Positions 19,175-29,632 of a stretch of 32,000 nt of DNA are shown piece after piece. Numbering within the stretch: position 1 is the first letter of the stretch; each line of letters begins with the position of its first letter. This stretch comes from Methanopyrus kandleri AV19. GTDB taxonomy: Archaea; JAADCQ01; Methanopyri; Methanopyrales; Methanopyraceae. Both the position numbers and the translations under genes were made by a program. The DNA is taken from contig NC_003551.1 in the NCBI RefSeq assembly GCF_000007185.1, forward strand, positions 870,001 to 902,000. Direction: 5' to 3'. Under the pieces are notes generated by a model. That model saw nothing but the letters and a program-made list of their open reading frames with translations, was not told the DNA's origin and did not search any database.

Positions 19175-19296
19175 TCGGACCAACCCAACACCCCCGAAGG
19201 GGAAGAAAGGTGGGAAGAACGGGAACGTCGGGAACGTAGGGTCAAGGGTGCCAAGGGTGAGGTGAGGAAACCGGCCCCCCACGTGGGGGGCGGTCG

Positions 19297-19331
19297 CGCC
19301 GCGGGTCCCCGTTTCGGGGTTCCCCGCGGCG
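19297..19331 (-). promoter_or_regulatory. Archaeal SECIS element in the fruA 3' UTR
   Basis: Minus strand CGCCGCGGG-GAA-CCCCG-AAA-CGGGG-A-CCCGCGGCG: 9-bp stem, GAA/A asymmetric internal loop, 5-bp GC stem, AAA apical loop. Confidence 0.93.
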
Positions 19332-19350
19332 GTCATCCCGATAGTCGGTT

Positions 19351-20601
19351 TTAGGCGAGCTTAACTACCGACTCCCGGATCTTCTCCCGGGAGTCGGCGT
19401 CGCGGACTTCCTTCACCACGTGAGCGGCACACGATGCTCATATGTCGTAACATCGCATGATGACCTCGGCGTACTCTTCGTTTTCGCCCTCGATAGCCTT
19501 CTCCACCACCGGGAAGTTCCACGTGGAAGCCGCGATGATGCGATAGTCCTCGACGATACCCTTCTCGTTCACCTTAGCGATGTGCACGTTGGTGCCCCGT
19601 GGGGCCTCGTGAACTCCGATTCCGACTCCTGCCTTCGGCTCCCACTCGGCCAGGGTCTTGCCGCTGGTGTTGAGTTCATCCAGGATCGTCATCGCCCGGT
19701 CGATGGCCGCGAGTGTTTCCTGTGACCTTAACACGTGGATGTACAGGACTCCGCGTGGGTCCACCCCGTCGAAGAGTATGTACCTGGCTCTGGGTCCGAC
19801 TTCCACCGGAACACCGTCGTAAAGCGGGATCTGGCCCCGGTGCTGGTACGCGACTTCCTTGTGCTCCTCTCCGTAGTACTCGATCGGAAGCAGCTCCACC
19901 ACGCGGTCCATGTCCAGCCGGTCGGGATCCCCATAGGTGGGATGCGTCGCCAGGAACGGCTGGTCGTGTCTGCCGAACTCGTCGATGTCGAGGTCGTTCT
20001 CGTCGCCGAACCTCTCGACGATGTTCACCATGAACTCGTGCTGCTCCATCATCAGCTCGCGCGCCTCACGTAGCCTGCGGTAAAGCTTCCTACGCGCGGC
20101 TTCCGAGATGTTCTCGGCCATCCCTCCGATCCTGATGTTGGGTGGATGGATTCCCTCACCTCCGACCACGTCCACCACGTACTGTCCGATCCGCCTGATC
20201 TGCTGGATCCTCTTGACCGCCTCGACCTTCTCGCTCTCATCCTCAACGAAATCGTCCAGTACTAGCAACTGATGGAGCACGTGAGACTGAATCCTGTTAC
20301 CCAGGGCGCAGAGTTCCCGCAGGAGTTTCCCGTCCTTGGGAGGTTCGATGCCCATGGCCCGCTCGAAGGCCTCGGCGGATGCGGTTCCGTGCGTCGCCTG
20401 GCAGATTCCGCAGATCCTCATAACGGCCACCTGAACGAACTCCGCGGGCCTTCCCTTCGCCAGCGCTTCGAAGCCTCGGACCGCCGAAGTGTTCAGGTAA
20501 AACGCACGCTCCACGTAACCCTCGTCGTCGACATATAATACTAGCTTAGCGTGACCTTCATGTCTCGTGGTCGGTTGAATCTCCACGGCACCTTCCGCCA
20601 A
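19351..20601 (-). CDS. fruA: Coenzyme F420-reducing hydrogenase alpha (large) subunit, selenoprotein; UGA at 19438-19440 read as Sec
   Basis: [11 protein letters not shown]-terminal ligand motif; ORF-track stop at 19438 is TGA, and in-frame continuation gives ...[35 protein letters not shown] to TAA at 19351-19353, supplying the UxxCxxH C-terminal NiFe motif; SECIS downstream. Confidence 0.95.
19450..19508. repeat. 59-bp direct repeat, copy 2 (inside the 3' part of fruA)
   Basis: Perfect copy of 19116-19174, encoding ...[19 protein letters not shown] of FruA on the minus strand. Confidence 0.97.
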
Positions 20602-20734
20602 CGCCTCACCCCCATCGGCCCGTCCCGACGGCCACGGAAGAAGAACATAAAACTCGGGTGTGTTCAGTGATCGAGTAGAGGCACATTTAACGGTTGAATA
20701 CCCTGTCCGTCCGACGACGAGAGGGTTACGCGGA

Positions 20735-22306
20735 TTGAGTCAAAGTGTCTTGATAGTAGACGCGCTGGGCGCAGGGAAGGGGTGGAGGACTAGATCCAGA
20801 GACGTTATCGGGGCGGGTCCTAGGACCGTCGCATCGCTACTGGAAAGTGATTATGAAGTATCGTTGATTACTTATGAAGATCTGCAGAAATTAGGACTAG
20901 ATAGTGTTATGGATTACGATACCGTAGGTGTCAGTATAATGACCGGCGACGAGCGGGCCGCCCGGAGGATGTTCGACCACACACGTTCTCGGACGTTTCG
21001 GTTCATCGGTGGTCCCGGAGCCGCCGATCCGAACGCACTCCTCAAGACTGGAGCCGACGCGGCCGTGATCGGTGAAGCCGAGGAGACCCTACCTGAACTC
21101 TTGGAGGAGCGTGGACCCGTCCGCGGCGTGTACTTCCGGAGGGGAACCGAGGTGGACTTTCCGGGTCCTAGGCCCATTTCCAGGCGATTCACCCGGGTCA
21201 ATCCGGAGTACATCCGTGCCTACGCACACCGATGGGCCGCACGCGTTTACGTCGAGATCGTCCGCGGGTGCAGCAACTCCTGCAGGACGACCTTCGAACT
21301 GCCCGACGGCCGCAAATGTTCGGGATGTGGGAACTGTCGGGAGGGTGAAGGTGGGGAGCGATGGGAATGTCCCGAAGGTATTCCACCGGGTTGCGGGTTC
21401 TGTTCGGTACCCTCGATCTTCGGGCCGACCAGGTCGAGACCGTTGAACGAAGTGGTGCGGGAAGTACGGGGGCTCGTCCGGGAGGGGATCCGTCGGGTAG
21501 TTCTCAGCGCCTCCGACGTACTGGATTACGGTCGGGGCGACTTACTGACTGATCCTCGGACTCCGCCCCCGAACGTCGAGGCCTTAAGGCGCCTCCTGCG
21601 ACGAACATCGAAGCATGTGGACGTGCTCTTCGTCGAGAACGTGAAAGCGTGCTTATTGAACCGTGAGATCGCGGAGCTCCTCGGTGAGTACTGCCGCGGT
21701 ACCTCGGTGAGCGTAGGTGTGGAGACGGGAGACCCGAGGCTGCTCCGCGCGATCGGGAAACCCTCCACGTTGAAGGAGGCGTTGCGTGCGATCCGTCTCC
21801 TGCGGAGGGCCGGTTTACGGCCTCATGCCTACTTCGTGTACGGACTACCCGGGCAGACGATGAAGTCCGCGAAACTCACGGCTAAAGCCATGAAACGAGC
21901 CGTCGAGATGGGAGCCGAGAAGATCACCGTGTACAGGTTCCGACCGATTCCCGCCTCGGCCTTCGGAGATTTCCCTCCGGGTCCCAGTCCACGTAACGAC
22001 GAGGCGAGCCGGCTCATTGCGGACACGGCGCGTCGTTTGAACGAGGCGCTGAAACGTAGGATGATCGGCAAGAGAATCCGCGTATACGTCGCCGAGCCCG
22101 ACCTACGCCGGCCTCGGGACGCGATAGGTTGGCCGGTGAAAGGTGGTCCGAAGGTTCGGCTTAAGGGAGCTCGGGAGTTAGTCGGCACGGAATGTGAGGT
22201 AGAAATCACGGGAGTAGTGTCGGACAAGGTGGTCTCGGGTAAAGTAGTGAGGATACTGGAAGAGATCGACGTGGAGGCGTTAGAGGGACGAGGGGTTCCT
22301 GGCTGA
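20735..22306 (+). CDS. B12-binding-type radical SAM protein with C-terminal TRAM-like domain
   Basis: SQSVLIVDALGAGKGWRTRSRD, GEAEETLPELLEERG, VEIVRGCSNSC...GCGFCSVPSIFGP; C-terminal GTECEVEITGVVSDKVVSGKVV is TRAM-like. In-frame TTG 20735 preferred over ORF-track 20660. Confidence 0.8.
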   Translation: MSQSVLIVDALGAGKGWRTRSRDVIGAGPRTVASLLESDYEVSLITYEDLQKLGLDSVMDYDTVGVSIMTGDERAARRMFDHTRSRTFRFIGGPGAADPNALLKTGADAAVIGEAEETLPELLEERGPVRGVYFRRGTEVDFPGPRPISRRFTRVNPEYIRAYAHRWAARVYVEIVRGCSNSCRTTFELPDGRKCSGCGNCREGEGGERWECPEGIPPGCGFCSVPSIFGPTRSRPLNEVVREVRGLVREGIRRVVLSASDVLDYGRGDLLTDPRTPPPNVEALRRLLRRTSKHVDVLFVENVKACLLNREIAELLGEYCRGTSVSVGVETGDPRLLRAIGKPSTLKEALRAIRLLRRAGLRPHAYFVYGLPGQTMKSAKLTAKAMKRAVEMGAEKITVYRFRPIPASAFGDFPPGPSPRNDEASRLIADTARRLNEALKRRMIGKRIRVYVAEPDLRRPRDAIGWPVKGGPKVRLKGARELVGTECEVEITGVVSDKVVSGKVVRILEEIDVEALEGRGVPG

Positions 22307-22457
22307 AGTCGGGTAGTACGGGACGTAGGTGTACCACCGCGCGAGCCACCACAGATGGCAAGGTCCGCGTCCGGGTCTGCCCGGGCCACCGCGCCATCTG
22401 CCCCGTCCTCTCCACCTCATCGTTAGGTGCCCCTAATGGACGGGTTTCGGGAAAACG

Positions 22458-23501
22458 TTAAACGTTTCGGTCCTCGCCGCCCCCGGGCCGTGGTGAGAAT
22501 TCCTTTAGCCGACGCTCGGATGACGAGTACTCCCCAGGCCGAGCCTCCGTCGGACTCCAATCCCCCACGTCCGAACGCTCCATAGCGTACTCCGCTACCG
22601 CCTTGATGATCTCAGCGTAATCCACGGTATTCGAGCGTGTACCACACCGGGGACACACGAGCCTGACGGACTCGGGATCCTCTCCGTCGAGAGTGGGTGG
22701 ATTCCCGCACTCGGGACATCTCAGGTGTCGGACGAACCGGAACACCGGGCATCCCCGACCGCGCTCGCACCTCGTGCACAGGTGGTACTCCCGGGCGCAG
22801 GGTACCTCCGCGTTGAGAGCGGGCTCAAGGTCGACGGAGAGCCCCAGGTGGGGCTCGATCACCGCCGCGTCGACGTCCAACTCCCGGACGAACCACGGGT
22901 CGTAGGCGATCAAGTGCACGGGTACCACGATCCGAGGCTTCGCCTTCCGGCACAGCAGTTCCAAACCCACTCGGTCCAGGTGCCCGGGCACGCCGGAACA
23001 CTCCGAGATCAGAACGTCCGCCCGCGGTAGACGGGCGTCTAAGAACGTCTCGGGGCTCACATCACCCGTGAAGAGCACCCGGATACCGTCCAGTTCCACC
23101 AGGTACGCCACGGCGCCCGGACAGTGGCCGGTTTCCACGGTTTCCACCACGATCTCACACCGGTTCGGATCCTCGGGTCTGTAGTCAAACCTCCGCTCGA
23201 TTCTCTCGGCCGCACCGGGGTGCGCGAAGGGTTCCCCGTACTCGCCCCCGTGTTTGGCGTGATCCGTATGATGATGTGTGACCAGGGTGTAATCGGGATA
23301 GGGCTCCCCGAACCGTGAGAACAGGCCCGGTGCCGACTTCAGGTCCTCGGGTAGTTCGGCCCACGGAGGCACCCTTCTGTTGTACCCGGGACGCCAACCA
23401 CCCGGATCGAACAGGACCTCGATGTCCGTCAGAGAGATACCCACGACCGCACCCGGAGTAGCCCCGAACAACCGGACCGGTGACCAGATCTTGAGCTTCA
23501 T
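22458..23501 (-). CDS. Metallo-beta-lactamase-fold hydrolase with C-terminal zinc ribbon
   Basis: THHHTDHAKHGG (HxHxDH), FTGDVSPET; CPECGN...CPRCG. ATG 23501 with GGTAGGTGG upstream preferred over ORF-track 23549. Confidence 0.8.
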   Translation of the reverse strand: MKLKIWSPVRLFGATPGAVVGISLTDIEVLFDPGGWRPGYNRRVPPWAELPEDLKSAPGLFSRFGEPYPDYTLVTHHHTDHAKHGGEYGEPFAHPGAAERIERRFDYRPEDPNRCEIVVETVETGHCPGAVAYLVELDGIRVLFTGDVSPETFLDARLPRADVLISECSGVPGHLDRVGLELLCRKAKPRIVVPVHLIAYDPWFVRELDVDAAVIEPHLGLSVDLEPALNAEVPCAREYHLCTRCERGRGCPVFRFVRHLRCPECGNPPTLDGEDPESVRLVCPRCGTRSNTVDYAEIIKAVAEYAMERSDVGDWSPTEARPGEYSSSERRLKEFSPRPGGGEDRNV

Positions 23502-23505
23502 CCAC

Positions 23506-25183
<1,678 letters not shown>

Positions 25184-25203
25184 CTACCACAGGGAGATTC
25201 GAG

Positions 25204-25605
25204 ATGCCGGAGCGCCTGTACGTTAGGGACTACATGGTCGTAGGTGTCGCTCAGGTCCGGATGACGGACACCGTACGAGACGCCGTTCGTGAGATGGCCC
25301 GGGCCGGCGTACATGGATTGGCCGTTGTGGGCCTTGACGGTGAGCTGGTCGGAGTGCTAGAAGAAGAGCACATAATGGATCTCGTGGTGGAGCGGAGGGG
25401 AGATTGGGCGGATATCCTCGAGACGCCTGTCGAGAAGGTGATGAACCCTGAACCGGCTATCGTGTAGCCGGGCGACACTCTCCTCGACGCACTGGAGGAG
25501 ATGGAGCGCAAGAAGACCACTCGAGCTTTCGTGGTGAGCTGTGAAGGAACGCCCGTCGGCGTCATCAGTGTCACGGATATCCTGAGTGCGATCATTCAGA
25601 GCTGA
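25204..25605 (+). CDS. CBS-domain-pair protein interrupted by in-frame TAG at 25465-25467
   Basis: Upstream 87 codons ...DILETPVEKVMNPEPAIV; after TAG the same frame continues PGDTLLDALEEMERKKTTRAFVVSCEGTPVGVISVTDILSAIIQS to TGA 25603-25605, completing the second CBS motif. Confidence 0.75.
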
Positions 25606-26863
25606 TTATCGGCAGTATACGCTCCTCCGCCATCTTCGCCACGGTGAGGTAGGTATCCAGCGACACGGGAAGCTCCGGTGCTGAGCCTAGCTGGCTGGGT
25701 ATCCGCGGGTGCTCCGGGGTCACCGGGTGCCGGTCGTGAATCTCCTCCCCGAGGGTCAAAGCTAGCTCTTCGACGCGCAGGCCCATCCTCCTAGTATCTT
25801 CTTCGAACACCTCCACCACCCTCACATCGGTGTCCTCCCGTACACACTCGGTTACCCAACCTTCGCATTCCTCACGCGTGCACAGCAGTATGACGTCCTC
25901 TACGCCTAATTTCTCGAAGGCCTCCATCTGCGTCCAGAAGACGTAGTGACACTCGCCCTTCTCGTCCTTCCAGAGTTTCCTCTTGGACCGCTTGGTCCGT
26001 CGCTGTAGGAACCACATGTACGAGAAATCGAACAAGGGTACGTTCAGGAGGGCCGACAAGAAGTGTGCGTACAAACTGCTCTGGATATCCACGTATCCCA
26101 CCGCGAGGTCTGAGCTCCTCCATCCTATCTCGGCCGTGATCCCGTCGACACCCCAAGCCATGACCCTTGGGAGGTACTTCCAGTTGAGCCACCACACTTT
26201 CACATCTTCCGGTATTTTCTTGAGCGAGATCACTCTGTTTGCGGGGATCGCATCGAGTTCGACGATCTCCCGGCCAACGCGCAGGTAAGGCGAAACGACG
26301 GTATCGGCTTCTACTTCCTCCACCAGGTTCGTTGGAGACGAAACCGCGTTCCTCGCGGCGCAAACCGTCGCTGTCTTGGCCAGTGCGAGCGCGAACAGTG
26401 CCCGTTTCAGTTCGGTACGGCCGAACACGTACGAGATGCGGCCCATCGAGTACTCCAGCTCGAGTAACGTGGGTGAGTCGACCTCGAAAATCGGTGGGAT
26501 CGCGACCTCCGACGGGGCCTCCTCGCGTCGGCTCGTCGAGACCGATAACTCACGAAGCCTGCGCCTGAACTCACGGACCGCGGACAGTAGGCGGTCCTCC
26601 AGTCCGCGCTCCGGCTCTTCTTCCCTCTCGACGTGGACCCGGATCTCCATCGGCCCTTCGGCAACCCGAGGTGAGATCGTTACGTTCTCTGGAACGTTAA
26701 GGCGGACTTCCATGGACTCGTCCTTCGAGAGTATCAGGAGATGTTCTCCGTGCCAGACGACTCGGCAACCCTCGGGTACCTTGATTTCGGCGGAGTCGAG
26801 AGAGTCAAAGGCGCGAGAGAGGCAGGCGACCAGATTAAGTACGGGGTTATCGGCCTCCTCCAT
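25592..26863 (-). CDS. Hypothetical protein, 423 aa, no recognised family
   Basis: Long coherent soluble ORF; overlaps the CBS ORF end by 14 bp (convergent). Confidence 0.65.
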   Translation of the reverse strand: MEEADNPVLNLVACLSRAFDSLDSAEIKVPEGCRVVWHGEHLLILSKDESMEVRLNVPENVTISPRVAEGPMEIRVHVEREEEPERGLEDRLLSAVREFRRRLRELSVSTSRREEAPSEVAIPPIFEVDSPTLLELEYSMGRISYVFGRTELKRALFALALAKTATVCAARNAVSSPTNLVEEVEADTVVSPYLRVGREIVELDAIPANRVISLKKIPEDVKVWWLNWKYLPRVMAWGVDGITAEIGWRSSDLAVGYVDIQSSLYAHFLSALLNVPLFDFSYMWFLQRRTKRSKRKLWKDEKGECHYVFWTQMEAFEKLGVEDVILLCTREECEGWVTECVREDTDVRVVEVFEEDTRRMGLRVEELALTLGEEIHDRHPVTPEHPRIPSQLGSAPELPVSLDTYLTVAKMAEERILPIISSE

Positions 26864-26884
26864 CCCTGAACAGCCCGGCCCTTA

Positions 26885-27475
26885 TCAACCCTTGATCAAT
26901 TTGACGACTTCGCCCACACGACGGCCGGTATTACGCGCCGTTTCGATACCCGTTTCATCCTCCTCCACGTCTCCGGGCTCGAGTCCTACGCCCGCACCAC
27001 CGAAGTGCGCCGTGGGGTCCGAGTCTCCGACCACGATCATGGCGTGGATCATGAAGAAGTTCTGGATGTCCCGTAGTGTGTGCTCCTGACCTCCGTTACG
27101 GGCACCTCCTATGGCGATGGCTCCCCCGACTTTGTCTTTCAACTCCCAATTTATCCTCAGTGGGCGTGTTCTATCTATCAGCGCCTTCAGTTGCGCACTC
27201 ACGCCGCCGTAGTACACGGGGGAGCCCACGATCATCCCGTCACACTCGCGCATCAGCTCGTAAACGTCCTGCATGTCGTCATCTATGGCGCACTCGCCCG
27301 TTTCCAGACACTCGCCACACGCTTCGCAGGGGGAGATATCCAGATCTCGCACGGTGATGAACTCCGTCTCCTCACCGGACACCTCCTCCGCGGCCTCGAG
27401 GGCGATCCTCACGAGGTACTCCGTGTTCCCTTCCCGCGGGCTCCCGGAGATGCCTAAAATCATCCTACGTCGCAC
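26885..27475 (-). CDS. NADPH-dependent FMN reductase / iron-sulfur flavoprotein-like
   Basis: [55 protein letters not shown]. Confidence 0.85.
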   Translation of the reverse strand: MRRRMILGISGSPREGNTEYLVRIALEAAEEVSGEETEFITVRDLDISPCEACGECLETGECAIDDDMQDVYELMRECDGMIVGSPVYYGGVSAQLKALIDRTRPLRINWELKDKVGGAIAIGGARNGGQEHTLRDIQNFFMIHAMIVVGDSDPTAHFGGAGVGLEPGDVEEDETGIETARNTGRRVGEVVKLIKG

Positions 27476-27490
27476 CCCCGGGGTTTCGAG

Positions 27491-28330
27491 TTGAGACGCG
27501 TCGTGATACTATGGAACCCGGACGACCCAGCCTCTAAAAACATCGCGGAAAGCCTGACCGAGGACGCCGAAAAGCTCGATACCGAGGATCTCCAACACTA
27601 CACCGTCGAAACCTGGGAACGTGACGGTGTCCGCTTCCACCTGACCGCCGCCCTCGGCGATCTCATCGAGGAGGACGAGGCACGGGAACTCGCCCGTAAG
27701 TTCGACGTCATCGTGTTCGCCTCACGCCACGAGAGCAGGACGAAGAAGCCCTCACTCACCGTGCACGTACCCGGCAACCCGACCCCCGAGGCCAAGTTCG
27801 GTGGTAAGCCGCTGGAGGTCTGTACGGCCGATCCGGCGGGTATGAAGGCCGCCCTCCTCGAGCTCAAGCGTTTCCGGGACAAGCGTGGCCTGGATTACGA
27901 CGTCTGCTACGAGGTAACGCACCATGGACCCCGCGATCCGGGGGCTCCCTGCTTCTTCATCGAGATCGGTTCCGACGAGGAGCGCTGGACGGACGAAGAG
28001 GCCGGAGAGGCGTGCGCCCGCGCGATACTCGCGGCCGTCGATCCACCCGACGTCAAAGCCGTGGTCGGCTACGGCGGTGGACACTACGCTCCCGCCCATA
28101 CCGACGCGGCCCTCTCCAATCGGAAGCTCGCTTACGGTCACATAGTGCCGGACTACGCCGTCGATCACGACTACCTACGCGATCAGTTCCGCGAGGTGGT
28201 CGACAAAACCCCTAGAGCCCGCGAGATTATCGTCGACGACCGTAACCTCGATTCCGGGATCGTGGAGCGGCTCGAGGATCTCGTCCGCGATCGCGGTCTC
28301 CGTCTCCGTGACGTCGAGGAGGTGAAGTGA
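27491..28330 (+). CDS. dtdA: D-aminoacyl-tRNA deacylase, archaeal type
   Basis: [63 protein letters not shown]. Confidence 0.93.
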
Positions 28331-28837
28331 GTGATCCGCCGCGGGCAGAACCTCGAGGGTCCGCCGGGCCGATACCGACGGATCGGTGCGGTCGTCCGAG
28401 TCGGTCCTTACGCCCTTTTCCTCACCGTCCGTGGCCCGAGACCCGCTCCTAAGAAGGTCCGCGTCGACGGGATCCGCTGTCCATTACTCCGCGAAGAACC
28501 CGGGCTCAACGTCGCCGTTTACGCCTTCGAGTTCCCCGAGATCGTCAAACCGGACGAGATCGCCGAACCCGAGCTCGGTGAGGCCACACTCGAAGCCGGG
28601 GACGAGTATCCCTGCCGTATCGAGGATGTCGACAGGAACAACCTCCGGATCACCATCCCCTCCTACCTCCCACGGCCCGGCGACGCCGGCGCCCCGATAG
28701 TCCAGAACGACCGCGTCGTCGGTATGCTCGCCTCCTATTGGCTCAACGATATGCTCGGAATGGGGCCCCGCGCCGACGTCGCCCTCCGCGAGATCGTCGA
28801 TTACCTCCGCCGTCGGACCCGCAGCTCCACCGCGTAG
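28331..28837 (+). CDS. Small protein with degenerate trypsin-like-protease-type GDxG motif
   Basis: 168 aa; SYLPRPGDAGAPIVQNDRVVGMLASYW resembles the serine-nucleophile region of chymotrypsin-fold peptidases with Ala instead of Ser; directly follows dtdA. Confidence 0.55.
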   Translation: MIRRGQNLEGPPGRYRRIGAVVRVGPYALFLTVRGPRPAPKKVRVDGIRCPLLREEPGLNVAVYAFEFPEIVKPDEIAEPELGEATLEAGDEYPCRIEDVDRNNLRITIPSYLPRPGDAGAPIVQNDRVVGMLASYWLNDMLGMGPRADVALREIVDYLRRRTRSSTA

Positions 28838-29631
28838 TGGTCCAACGCCGGGGAGAAACTCTTCACGCGCCGTACTTCCAGTACCTCGCCCTCAAAACCA
28901 TCCGGCAGCGCGTTCAGCACTTCTCGGGCCACCCGGTCCTCTCCCCATCGCTTCTGGAACACCTCGTGTACGACCAGGACTCCACCGTCCCGTACCGCCC
29001 GACACGCGTACGGCAAGAACTTCAGCGTCCCCTTCAGATACCCCATCAACACCCGGTCCGCCGCCCGCACGAACCGTGCCACCTCTCGACAGTCCCCTAA
29101 GAACACTCGTACCCGCCCTTCCACACCGTTCAGCCGCGCGTTCTCCACCAGGTACCGGCACGCCACGGGGTTCAGCTCTGCCGCTATCACCTCCGCCCCC
29201 GCCAGTGCCGCCGGTAGCGTGAAGTAACCGATCCCGGCGAACATGTCGAACACAAGCTTTCCTTCCAGGTCCGATTCCAGCAGCCGGCGGCGCTCCTCCA
29301 GGTTCCCCCGTGCGAACATCACCCGCGTCGGGTCCAACTTGAACCGGATTCCCAGCTCCCGGTGCACGGTTTCCGCGTTCCGATCCCCCGCTACGACCTC
29401 CCCAACCGGCTCTCGAAACGTTCCACTCACGCGGCGTAGCGCCACCACCGATCGCGCCCCGGTCACCTCACGGAGGATCCGTCCCACCTCCCGTCGGTAC
29501 GCCCACGCCCGCTCGTCGAACAACCGGATGACTACCACATCGCCCAGCTCCTGCCAACGGTGTGGTACCGAGTCCGCGACATCCGGCAGTTCCTCCTCCA
29601 GTCTCCGCGCGAACTCCTCGCGGGACAGCAC
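28801..29631 (-). CDS. Trm5/TYW2 (Taw2)-like class I tRNA methyltransferase
   Basis: RVMFARGNLEERRRLLE, VFDMFAGIGYFTLPAALAGAEVIAAELNP, LMGYLKGTLKFLPYA. Start refined to GTG 29631 right after the stop of the upstream gene. Confidence 0.85.
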   Translation of the reverse strand: MLSREEFARRLEEELPDVADSVPHRWQELGDVVVIRLFDERAWAYRREVGRILREVTGARSVVALRRVSGTFREPVGEVVAGDRNAETVHRELGIRFKLDPTRVMFARGNLEERRRLLESDLEGKLVFDMFAGIGYFTLPAALAGAEVIAAELNPVACRYLVENARLNGVEGRVRVFLGDCREVARFVRAADRVLMGYLKGTLKFLPYACRAVRDGGVLVVHEVFQKRWGEDRVAREVLNALPDGFEGEVLEVRRVKSFSPALDHYAVELRVRRRR

Positions 29632-29632
29632 T

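Noticed and set aside
19118-19336. Long N-terminal extension of fruG in the ORF track
   Set aside because: It reads through the SECIS, a second hairpin and the duplicated fruA sequence in a nonsensical frame; FruG homology begins at the GTG at 19117.
19438-19440. TGA as genuine fruA stop or fruA as a pseudogene
   Set aside because: In-frame continuation supplies the conserved UxxCxxH motif and a proper SECIS follows the TAA, so Sec decoding explains it.
25465-25467. Pyrrolysine insertion at the TAG
   Set aside because: No PYLIS-type or Pyl-enzyme context; the host lineage is not known to carry the Pyl system and CBS proteins have no need for it. Left as nonsense, readthrough or sequence error.
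26376-27089. 237-aa plus-strand ORF
   Set aside because: Ser/Arg/Thr-rich shadow ORF spanning the antisense of two better-supported genes.
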